From: Octopus vulgaris
Taxonomy: Eukaryota
Reading direction: 5' to 3'
DNA length: 64,000 nucleotides
Assembly: GCA_951406725.2 (NCBI GenBank)
Contig: OX597821.1
Location: forward strand, 9,610,001-9,674,000
Under the pieces are notes generated by a model, which saw only the letters and a program-made list of their open reading frames with translations, did not search any database and was not told the DNA's origin. Below are positions 10,753 through 20,740 of the stretch, piece by piece. Position numbers and translations under genes: made by a program. The stretch's first letter is position 1; the number at the start of each line of letters is the position of its first letter.

Positions 10753-11097
10753 AGAAGGACAGATAAGTGATGCTGGCGGATGGGGCCGTCGGTATCGCTC
10801 TCATATATCATTTTCATATTCCATTTTTGCTCATATAAATGTAATTGTGATGTTCCATGTCCCCATGTCTTGTAATGTCCCCCTCTTCGTTGGCCCCTTG
10901 TGGGTAATAAAAAATCACGTGGTTTTTCGGCTCTGTGTTTTTTGCTCTCTGTGAAATTCGGTAAAAAGAAAAAAGAACAAAAAGTGAATGGTTGTTGGTG
11001 TAAAATTTTGAACATAGTTGATGAGGTTTCGCGTCTCACTGGTTCTGCGCGTTACACTTTTTCGGTTCGGGAGGCCGTTTCTCGGCCGGAGGCGACT

Positions 11098-12426
11098 ATG
11101 AGCCGCCTCCATCAAGCGGAGGAGATGGAAGGGAGAATTTACTCTGAAATTTCGACGGAAGTATCGACATCTGAGGAGGAGTTGGCGGTGAAAAAGATGG
11201 AAGGCACCTACGCAGGTGTAACGAAGAAGTCAACGGAAAGAGAGATAGACTTGGCTAAGTTGGCGGGCCTCCAGGAATTTGTGAAGGAGGACGAGAACGG
11301 TGAAGTTGAGCTGCTGCATCCAGTAGGGTGCGGAGACTGGTTCCATCGTAGAACCATTAAATATAAAGTATTTATGAATGGAGGTAGAAAGATGGAAGTA
11401 ATTAACATGGAAGCAATTGAAGAGGCTCTTAAGCAGACGGGAGAGGAAATTGTGTACATGACGAAAGGATTACAATACGGAACGATAACGGTGCAATTTA
11501 AAAGTGAAAAAGCAGCCAGGAATGTAGCAGCCAAGGTGGTGAGTACAGAAAAGATTTACTTGTTACCCTCGTATCTGAATAGGCGGACAACTAGAATTAG
11601 GGTGGAGGGAATACCTCCACACCTAGAGGGCGAAGTAATAACGGCTGCGGTTATAAAAGGAAATGAGGATAAGGTGGACATCCTCCACGCCAGTATGAAG
11701 TATGAAGGCGTGAGAGGTGCCACACTGGTTATGAACATTCAAACGGAGGCGGATGTTATAGAGAAGATTACGGACAGCATAAAGACTGGAAATATTATTA
11801 TGAGAGTGTGGGTGGAGGGTAGGGCGCCCAGGTGCTACAAGTGTGGCCAAAGGGGTCACATAAGAGCCTACTGCCCTCCCCCACCAAAGGAAAAAGAAAA
11901 GGAAAGCGTTGAGGAAGCCTCGGGAGAGGAAGAAAATAAACAGAAACAAACAGAGAAGGAAACGACAGAAGAAGAGGAGATGCAACAAGAGTGGAAAGAA
12001 GCGGGAACAAAGAGAAAAAGAAGGAAAAAGAAAAACTGTGCGAAGCCCCAACCCACCCCGACACCACCCATACCCTTGGAGTCCCATCCTTCCCCTGCAA
12101 ACAGTAATTCCACCCACTCCCCGCCTACAAGAAAAATAAAAACAGACACACAGAGCAAAGAAAGTCCCAAGACCCATTTTTTATTTGTTATACATGGGAA
12201 AGACATACAAAACGTTAAAAAACTGGTGTTAACCAAGTGGTACGAACACGAAGATTGGAGCTACACGGTTGTGGATAGTGATGATACGGGTATATTGGCG
12301 ACAAGGTTAGAGGAAGAGGGTGTGTGTTGGAAGTCAGTGAAAATGAAAGATGAATGGAGAGAGAGGGCTAAAAGAAAAACGAATGTTGTGATAGGTGAAA
12401 CAGGAATACAAATTGGAAATGGGTGA
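11098..12426 (+). CDS. Unit 8 ORF1p/Gag-like protein, 442 aa, type A1
   Basis: Intact ORF with the same protein sequence as unit 2. Confidence 0.85.
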   Translation: MSRLHQAEEMEGRIYSEISTEVSTSEEELAVKKMEGTYAGVTKKSTEREIDLAKLAGLQEFVKEDENGEVELLHPVGCGDWFHRRTIKYKVFMNGGRKMEVINMEAIEEALKQTGEEIVYMTKGLQYGTITVQFKSEKAARNVAAKVVSTEKIYLLPSYLNRRTTRIRVEGIPPHLEGEVITAAVIKGNEDKVDILHASMKYEGVRGATLVMNIQTEADVIEKITDSIKTGNIIMRVWVEGRAPRCYKCGQRGHIRAYCPPPPKEKEKESVEEASGEEENKQKQTEKETTEEEEMQQEWKEAGTKRKRRKKKNCAKPQPTPTPPIPLESHPSPANSNSTHSPPTRKIKTDTQSKESPKTHFLFVIHGKDIQNVKKLVLTKWYEHEDWSYTVVDSDDTGILATRLEEEGVCWKSVKMKDEWRERAKRKTNVVIGETGIQIGNG

Positions 12427-12772
12427 AGAAGGACAGACAAGTGATGCTGGCGGATGGGGCCGTCGGTATCACTCTCATATATCATTTTTCATATTCCATT
12501 TTGCTCATATATATGTAATTGTGATGTTCCATGTCCCCATGTCTTGTAATGTCCCCCTCTTCGTTGGCCCCTTGTGGGTAATAAAAAATCACGTGGTTTT
12601 TTCGGCTCCGTGTTTTTTTTCGGCTCCTGAAAATTCGGTAAAAAAGAACAAAAAAGGTTGTTGTTGTTGTGGAAATTCTGAACGGCGTTGACGCGGTTTC
12701 GCGTTTCGCTCGTTCAGCGCGTTACACTTTTTCTGTTTTGGCGGCCGTTTTCGGTCTGTCAGACAGAAGGAA

Positions 12773-14189
12773 ATGGACTATGAGTCTTTAACAGACTTGT
12801 CCACGACGGATGAGGAACTGGAACAGGCAATTGCAGTGAAGCTGATGGAGGAAAAGGCTGGAGTTTTTGAGTCTTTATCAGACTTGCCTATGTCTGAGAA
12901 GGAGCTAGAAATGGCAGCAAGGAAATTGGAAGACAAGCTGAGTTATACCTATGCCGGTGTAACCAAGAAGGCGGAAGAGAAAGGGGTCGACATGGTCAAG
13001 TTGCCAAGTTACCAGAAATACATGAAAAAGGAAAGCGGTGAGGTGGAACTATCACCGACACCCAGGAGAAAAGAATGGTATGATAAGAGGACCATTGTTT
13101 ACAGGGTGTGCGCAAACGAAAGGAAGAGGGTAGAAGTTGTATCCATGGAATGGATAGAGGAAGCCCTGCGAAGAACTGAGGAGGAAATAAATTTTCTGAC
13201 TCGAGGATCCAAGTACGGGACCGTAGTTGTGCACTTTAAAAGTGAATCGGCAGCGAGGAAGATGGCAGCGAAGGCGGTGAAGTCGGAAAAGGTAACACTG
13301 TTACCTACGTATTTAAACAGGAGGATTACACGAATAAGGGTGGAGGGAGTGCCACCAAACGTGGAGGCAGAATGGATTGTGGCGGCTGTGATCAGCGGCC
13401 ACGAGGACGAAGTGGATATTCTCCATGCCTCGGTTAAGTCCGAGGGCTGGAGAGGCGTAACAGTGGAGCTGAACGTACAGGCAGAGACCGAGGTACTGGT
13501 GGACCTGACGGAAAGCATCAGACTGGGAGAAGTGATCATGAGAGTGTGGGTGGAGGGCAGGGCTCCACGTTGTTACAAGTGTGGCCTGAGGGGTCACATA
13601 AGAGCCTTCTGCCCTCCCCAGGGAAAGAAATGGATCCCGAACCAGAGAGAGAGAAGCAGAAACCAGAGGAGAAGGAAACAGAGGAAGAGAATACACAGAA
13701 ATGGAAGGAAGCTGGAAGTAAGAGGAAGAGAAGAATATGTGGAAAAAAGAAAATAATATGGAACTCCAATCTACCCCAAAACCTCCCACACCCTCTGAGT
13801 CCCACCCTATCCATGCAGACATTGAACCCACCCGCTCCCCCCCAACAAGAAAACAAAAGAAAAAAAAGAATACACACACACAAGAGATTGAAATCGAACC
13901 CAGGCCGTACATTTGTACTATGACTGAACAGAGGGAAGTTAAAAGTCTAATGGAAGAGTATAAACGGTATGATGTTGGAGAGACTAGGTATGCTGTGATT
14001 GAAAAAAAGAACATAGGTGAGTTTATGGGGAGGTGTGAAAGGGAGAATTGGGAGGTGAAAGATATAAGAATGAGCGATGAATTCGTGGAAAATATGAATG
14101 AGTATTTCGGAGTAAGAATGGATATGGAATTTATTCGTATTGGCAAAGAACATTCAAGTGACTATGAAAAACAAAGGACAGGTAAGTGA
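12773..14189 (+). pseudogene. Unit 9: divergent subfamily B ORF1p/Gag-like gene with two -1 frameshifts (possibly sequencing errors)
   Basis: Homologous protein is split over ORFs 12773-13756, 13546-13923 and 13737-14189 (TYAGVTKK, RIRVEGVPP, VWVEGRAPRCYKCGLRGHIRAFC, ...RIGKEHSSDYEKQRTGK*). The shifts fall in a C-run (~13618) and an A-run (~13745-13753). Confidence 0.8.
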
Positions 14190-14523
14190 TGCTGACGGAC
14201 GGGGCCGTTGGTATCGCTTTCATTTTATCATTTTTTTCGTTTAACACTTCATGTTCATATAGTTTAATTATAATGTTCTATGTCCCCATGTTTTGTGATG
14301 TCCGGCACTCTTCGTAGCCCCTTAGTGGGTAATAAAGAAATACGTGGTTTTTTCGGCTCTGTGTTTTTTGCTCTCTGTGAAATTCGGTAAAAAGAAAAAA
14401 GAACAAAAAGTGAATGGTTGTTGGTGTAAAATTTTGAACATAGTTGATGAGGTTTCGCGTCTCACTGGTTCTGCGCGTTACACTTTTTCGGTTCGGGAGG
14501 CCGTTTCTCGGCCGGAGGCGACT

Positions 14524-15852
14524 ATGAGCCGCCTCCATCAAGCGGAGGAGATGGAAGGGAGAATTTACTCTGAAATTTCGACGGAAGTATCGACATCTGA
14601 GGAGGAGTTGGCGGTGAAAAAGATGGAAGGCACCTACGCAGGTGTAACGAAGAAGTCAACGGAAAGAGAGATAGACTTGGCTAAGTTGGCGGGCCTCCAG
14701 GAGTTTGTGAAGGAGGACGAGAACGGTGAAGTCGAGCTGCTGCATCCAGTAGGGCGCGGAGACTGGTTCCATCGTAGAACCATTAAATATAAAGTATTTA
14801 TGAATGGAGGTAGAAAGATGGAAGTAATCAACATGGAAGCAATTGAAGAGGCTCTCAAGCAGACAGGAGAGGAAATTGTGTACATGACAAAAGGATTACA
14901 ATACGGAACGATAACGGTGCAATTTAAAAGCGAAAAAGCAGCCAGGAATGTAGCAGCCAAGGTGGTGAGTACAGAAAAGATTTACTTGTTACCCTCGTAT
15001 CTGAATAGGCGGACAACTAGAATTAGGGTGGAGGGAATACCTCCACACCTAGAGGGCGAATTAATAACGGCTGCGGTTATAAAAGGAAATGAAGATAAAG
15101 TGGACATCCTCCACGCCATTATGAAGTATGAAGGCGTGAGAGGTGCCACACTAGTTATGAACGTTCAAACGGAGGCGGATGTTATAGAGAAGATTACGGA
15201 CAGCATAAAGACTGGAAATATTATTATGAGAGTGTGGGTGGAGGGTAGGGCGCCCAGGTGCTACAAGTGTGGCCAAAGGGGTCACATAAGAGCCTACTGC
15301 CCTCCCCCACCAAAGGAAAAAGAAAAGGAAAGCGTTGAGGAAGCCTCGGGAGAGGAAGAAAATAAACAGAAACAAACAGAGAAGGAAACGACAGAAGAAG
15401 AGGAGATGCAACAAGAGTGGAAAGAAGCGGGAACAAAGAGAAAAAGAAGGAAAAAGAAAAACTGTGCGAAGCCCCAACCCACCCCGACACCACCCATACC
15501 CTTGGAGTCCCATCCTTCCCCTGCAAACAGTAATTCCACCCACTCCCCGCCTACAAGAAGAATAAAAACAGACACACAGAGCAAAGAAAGTCCCAAGACC
15601 CATTTTTTATTTGTTATACATGGGAGAGACGTACAAAACGTTAAAAAACTGGTGTTAACCAAGTGGTACGAACACGAAGATTGGAGCTACACGGCTGTGG
15701 ATGGTGATGATACGGGTATATTGGCGACAAGGTTAGAGGAAGAGGGTGTGTGTTGGAAGACAGTGGAAATGAAAGATGAATGGATAGAGAGGGCTAAAAG
15801 AAAAACGAATGTTGTGATGGTTAAAACAGGAATACTAATTGAAAATGGGTGA
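14524..15852 (+). CDS. Unit 10 ORF1p/Gag-like protein, 442 aa, type A2 with more diverged core
   Basis: Intact ORF; by my count 10 synonymous and 4 non-synonymous core differences from unit 2. Confidence 0.85.
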   Translation: MSRLHQAEEMEGRIYSEISTEVSTSEEELAVKKMEGTYAGVTKKSTEREIDLAKLAGLQEFVKEDENGEVELLHPVGRGDWFHRRTIKYKVFMNGGRKMEVINMEAIEEALKQTGEEIVYMTKGLQYGTITVQFKSEKAARNVAAKVVSTEKIYLLPSYLNRRTTRIRVEGIPPHLEGELITAAVIKGNEDKVDILHAIMKYEGVRGATLVMNVQTEADVIEKITDSIKTGNIIMRVWVEGRAPRCYKCGQRGHIRAYCPPPPKEKEKESVEEASGEEENKQKQTEKETTEEEEMQQEWKEAGTKRKRRKKKNCAKPQPTPTPPIPLESHPSPANSNSTHSPPTRRIKTDTQSKESPKTHFLFVIHGRDVQNVKKLVLTKWYEHEDWSYTAVDGDDTGILATRLEEEGVCWKTVEMKDEWIERAKRKTNVVMVKTGILIENG

Positions 15853-16175
15853 AGAAGGACAGATAAGTGATGCTGGCGGATGGGGCCGTCGGTATCGCTC
15901 TCATATATCATTTTCATATTCCATTTTGCTCATATATATGTAATTGTGATGTTCCATGTCCCCATGTCTTGTAATGTCCCCCTCTTCGTTGGCCCCTTGT
16001 GGGTAATAAAAAATCACGTGGTTTTTTCGGCTCCTGAAATTCGGTAAAAAAGAACAAAAAGTGAATGGTTGTTGTTGTGGAAATTCTGAACGGCGTTGAC
16101 GCGGTTTCGCGTTTCGCTCGTTCAGCGCGTTACACTTTTTCTGATTTGGCGGCCGTTTTTCGGTCGGAGGCGACT

Positions 16176-17548
16176 ATGAGCCGCCTCCATCAAGCGGAGG
16201 AGATGGAAGGGAGAATTTACTCTGAAATTTCGACGGAAGTATCGACATCTGAGGAGGAGTTGGCGGTGAAAAAGATGGAAGGCACCTACGCAGGTGTAAC
16301 GAAGAAGTCAACGGAAAGAGAGATAGACCTGGCTAAGTTGGCGGGCCTCCAGGAGTTTGTGAAGGAGGACGAGAACGGTGAAGTCGAGCTGCTGCATCCA
16401 GTAGGGCGCGGAGACTGGTTCCATCGTAGAACCATTAAATATAAAGTATTTATGAATGGAGGTAGAAAGATGGAAGTAATCAACATGGAAGCAATTGAAG
16501 AGGCTCTCAAGCAGACAGGAGAGGAAATTGTGTACATGACAAAAGGATTACAATACGGAACGATAACGGTGCAATTTAAAAGCGAAAAAGCAGCCAGGAA
16601 TGTAGCAGCCAAGGTGGTGAGTACAGAAAAGATTTACTTGTTACCCTCGTATCTGAATAGGCGGACAACCAGAATTAGGGTGGAGGGAATACCTCCACAC
16701 CTAGAGGGCGAATTAATAACGGCTGCGGTTATAAAGGAAATGAAGATAAAGTGGACATCCTCCACGCCATTATGAAGTATGAAGGCGTGAGAGGTGCCAC
16801 ACTAGTTATGAACATTCAAGCGGAGGCGGATGTTATAGAGAGGATTACGGACAGCATAAAAACTGGAAATATTATTATGAGAGTGTGGGTGGAGGGTAGG
16901 GCGCCCAGGTGCTACAAGTGTGGCCAAAGGGGTCACATAAAAGCCTACTGCCCTCCCCCACCAAAGGAAAAAGAAAAGGAAAGCGTTGAGGAAGCCTCAG
17001 GAGAGGAAGAAAATAAACAGAAACAAACAGAGAAGGAAACGACAGAAGAAGAGGAGATGCAACAAGAGTGGAAAGAAGGGGGAACAAAGAGAAAAAGAAG
17101 GAAAAAGAAAAACTGTGCGAAGCCCCAACCCACCCCGACACCACCCATACCCTTGGAGTCCCATCCTTCCCCTGCAGACAGTGAACCCACCTGCTCCCCT
17201 CCAACAAGAAAACAAAAGAAAAATAATAATACAGACAGACAAGAGTTTGAAAACGAACCCAGGCCGAACATTTATATTGTGACGGAACAGAAAGAGGTTG
17301 AAAGGGTAATGGAGGAGTATGAATGGTATGAAATGGATGGGACCAGATATGCAGTGCTGGAAAAGAAGAATATAGATGAGTTTGTGTTGAGGTGTGAAAG
17401 GGAGAATTGGGAGGTGAAAGATACAAGAATGAGCGATGAATTCGTGGAATATATGGAGGACAGTTTCGGAGTAAGAATGGATATGGATGGTCTTCGTATT
17501 GGGAATGAACATTCAGGTAACAGTGAAATCAAAAGGACAGGTAAGTGA
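16176..17548 (+). pseudogene. Unit 11: chimeric ORF1p/Gag-like gene (B-type 5'UTR, A-type core, B-like C-terminal domain) with one frameshift
   Basis: ATAAAGGAAA replaces ATAAAAGGAAA at ~16733 (one A lost). The sequence switches to B-like at ~17178 (ADSEPTCSPPTRKQKK...RIGNEHSGNSEIKRTGK*). Confidence 0.8.
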
Positions 17549-17682
17549 TGCTGGCGGAGGGGGCCGTTAGCATCGCTTTCATATTATCATTTTTCATTTT
17601 CATTTGCTCATAAATTTAATCATATTGTTCTATGTCCCCCATGTTTTGTTATGTCCGCCATTCTTCGTAGCCCCTGGTGGGT

Positions 17683-17688
17683 AATAAA
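17683..17688 (+). terminator. AATAAA polyadenylation-signal-like motif at the 3' end of the last unit (same motif in every unit, e.g. 860-865)
   Basis: GGGTAATAAA(A/G)AAAT is conserved in A and B units, 4-5 nt before the junction. Confidence 0.55.
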
Positions 17689-17693
17689 GAAAT

Positions 17694-18012
17694 AGCATGG
17701 AGGAAAGCACCTTCAAAATGTGTCTTGGTGCGACTATGAAAGATATCTAATCAGAGGCGGTAAATTCGCCACAATAGAAGCAAGGTTCGAGTTAACGGAG
17801 CGTGCAAGGGAGTACTCGACTCGAACTTGCAAAGTGGAAATATTTTATTTTTACATTTATATCTGGGACGCAGGGTGTCCCGGAAAAAGACTTAAAATTC
17901 ACCCCCCCCCCCCACCAGAAGTAGAGGTAGGCTGGATTGTAACCACACTTCTATACAAGAGGGAGGACAAGATAGAATTGATCGAAATTACAAGAGACGG
18001 GCTAACAATTCC
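17694..18012 (+). pseudogene. Highly diverged relic of the same ORF1p-like family (RRM-like region only), abutting the array's 3' end
   Basis: YLIRGGKFATIEARFELTERAREYS aligns with FLTRGSKYGTVVVHFKSESAARKMA (unit 9). PPEVEVGWIVTTLLYKREDKIELI aligns with PPNVEAEWIVAAVISGHEDEVDIL. Confidence 0.75.
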
Positions 18013-20707
18013 AGTCTGTTATATATTTTGAGTATTGTTATCACTAGCGATATCAAGATATAACTTTGTATTTTGTATTTTATGTGTAGATGTATATATA
18101 TATAGATGTACATGTAATATGTACACATATATATACACATATATACATGCACTAGCACTATGACCCGGTAACGACGGGTCTTTAATGCTAGTGTATGTAT
18201 ATAATCTCCGTCGATATATGCGTGGTATATTTGTGAAAGGTAGTACAAAATCATACATCCCGAAAAAGAGAAACTCACAATCATAGATTCCTCATAAATA
18301 AGCATAAAAACACAAAAGCAACTACTACCATTTTAATATCCACAAAACGAATGAAAAACCTGCCATATACTTCATATCGGTTGGGCCGTCTATTGTCGGG
18401 TGGCTCATCTAATTACTCCCAAAAGAAAAGTATTCACCTAACATCTGAGCGTGCGCCTAAAGCACTGTCGATGTGAGTGTGCATTTTCCATACGCATACA
18501 CACAGGAACACCTGGAAGCATTAGTTTAGAATGATTTATAATGGGACTGAAATTCTGTAATTTTATAGGGTAATATATTTCTTATCATGCTAGATTTTTA
18601 TAGGAACCGATTACGTATTCACACACACATACACATACACACACGCGTACACACACAGACACACACACACACACATGGATACAATCGAACACACCTGTAC
18701 ACAGAGACCAAAAAAAATATACTCATCTTTCACAAATATCAGTGAACTTCTTACTGGTTATGGAGGTGGGTAGCAGAGATTGAACTAAAGAGGAATAATA
18801 GGATACTGAGGCAATTGCGAGTATAGAAAGAAGCAAAGAGGGTAGGAGGGAAGTGGATGGAAGCGCTACAGTGAAGGATAGGACACTAGGAAAATGAGAG
18901 AGATCGAAAGGTGATAAAAATATAGTAAACGAGAGAGAGAGAGAGGGAGAGGGAGAGAGGGAGAGGGAGAGGGAGAGAGGGAGAGGGAGAGGGAGAGAAA
19001 TCATAGCTAGTAGAAGATGTAGACAAAAAACAATTGAGCAAAGGAGGTGAATATGAGTCTCTGAGGAAAGGGTAATGCTAAAATGTAAGGACTTACTTTT
19101 AGTGAAATACTTTGACTTATTACTCTCACGAGGCACGAAATAAATCTAAGAAGTGATGTAGTATGTGTGGATTCTGCATAAGGACATCATATCACAGTAT
19201 CTGTTGTCTGGATATGAAATCCTTCTCGTGTGTAATGGTTAATGCCTGAATATTTCTTCTTTCAATAAAGATATAATATTTTTCTCAGGATCTTGGGGGT
19301 TATGTCCTTTTCTTTGACACGGAGCATGTGTCTTTTCTTAGCATTCATGTATGTATTTCAGTATCTACATGAAAGAAAAGTAATTCTAGTAACTAGGGAT
19401 TTGGCCTGGATTAGTAAATGGATAAAACCTACTTGGGTGGATAGAAATGATCTCAGAATAAAAGCCTTGTTCTTTTGCATTGTTACTGTTCTTGTTTGTA
19501 TATTTATATGAATTTATCGCTAAGTCAGCGATAATTAGTAGGCATGTTGAGACGGTACGTAATGATGATCATCCCATTTTTGTTCCATGAATACATATAT
19601 AGGATCATATTATGAGAAGTATTTTACACTCTTTTCATAATATTCGTGCAGTATGTAAATAATATTCCACTATTGCGCTCCACGATATAAGTTGAAATTA
19701 AAGTTCCACTTCTGTGGTATTAACGCAATTTTTAGATCAGAAATTTAAATAGGCTAACTCAATATTTTAAGTGAAATCGATCGCAAGTGTTAACCTGAAG
19801 TCCATACCCAGAAAATATATCAATGATATAGCAAACTCAATTGTATCATTAGAAGTAGCGTCATTAATCGTGCCGTTTTCTTCCTACTTAGCATTTATAT
19901 AACATGGCTGGCCGTTGTCCAACAGAGGTTGCATTGTTATAACGTTTTCTCATTTCTTAAGGGCATTTAAAACTTAGGTAAATTTAACTGGCTACAACTT
20001 AGAATCGATTACGTATTTCAGATTCCAGTCTCTGATATATTACATCCATTTCTGTGGTACTTTGCTTGCATTATTTTATTTGCTAATTTCAGTTGTTGGA
20101 CTTCAGCCATGCAGAGATCAGGCTGATAGCGAATAATTGATTGCGCTGACCCCACTATTTATGCTATGGAATTGATGTTTCTGTTCAAAACTATATACCT
20201 TACAAATAGATACGTGATGAAAGTTTGTAGAACATATGTGACAACTTAAAATAATATCAAAGATGATTGCTATATTTTATTTCATTTGTTAATGTGAAAT
20301 GAATTTGATTTCAAATTTCAAATGAAAACTCACCGAGGAAACTACTTTCAGAATGTTCTTATTACCCCTGCTAGCGACATACTGATTATGAGGTATTGAC
20401 TTATGAACATAAGGTCAGGGTTACGCTATCGGTTTTTGTAATTAAGCTAATGTCAACAGTTGTCAAGCGTTGGTACGTAACAATCTCAATAACATACACA
20501 GGCACACACAAACACACACACCTGCATATATAAGCATATGCTTTCTTACATATTTGCATATATATGTATATATGTTTGCGTGTGTGTGTATACATATTTA
20601 TATATATATATATATACGTATATGTATATAAACATATATATATATATACGTATATGTATATATACATATGTATATTTATATATATATATATATACGTATA
20701 TGTATAT

Positions 20708-20739
<32 letters not shown>

Positions 20740-20740
<1 letters not shown>

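Larger units (their letters stand above)
1..17693 (+). repeat. Head-to-tail tandem array (coding macrosatellite) of at least 11 units of ~1674-1752 bp, each an ORF1/Gag-only retroelement-like unit
   Basis: The junction AATAAAAAAT|CACGTGGTTTTTTCGGCTC recurs, with minor variants, at 870, 2544, 4219, 5894, 7568, 9242, 10916, 12590, 14342 and 16015. The ORF track repeats with a 1674/1675-bp period. The array runs off the left edge and ends after AATAAAGAAAT at 17693. Confidence 0.98.

Noticed and set aside
14178-14187. CAG|GTAAGT splice-donor consensus at the end of B-type ORFs (also ~17538)
   Set aside because: It is absent in all A-type ends (CAGACAAGT/CAGATAAGT), overlaps the conserved stop and hairpin, and no downstream RT exon or acceptor was found.
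17559-17693. HDV/CPEB3-like ribozyme in the 3'UTR (GGGGGCC...AGCCCCU resembles CPEB3 P1)
   Set aside because: No convincing P3/L3, P4 or catalytic C in a J4/2 context, and the pairing competes with the well-supported hairpin.
1-17693. CRISPR array, LTR retrotransposon, or rDNA/snRNA-targeted insertion as an explanation of the array
   Set aside because: No short repeat-spacer structure, LTRs, PBS or pol gene, and no recognisable U2, 5S, tRNA or rRNA sequence at the junctions.
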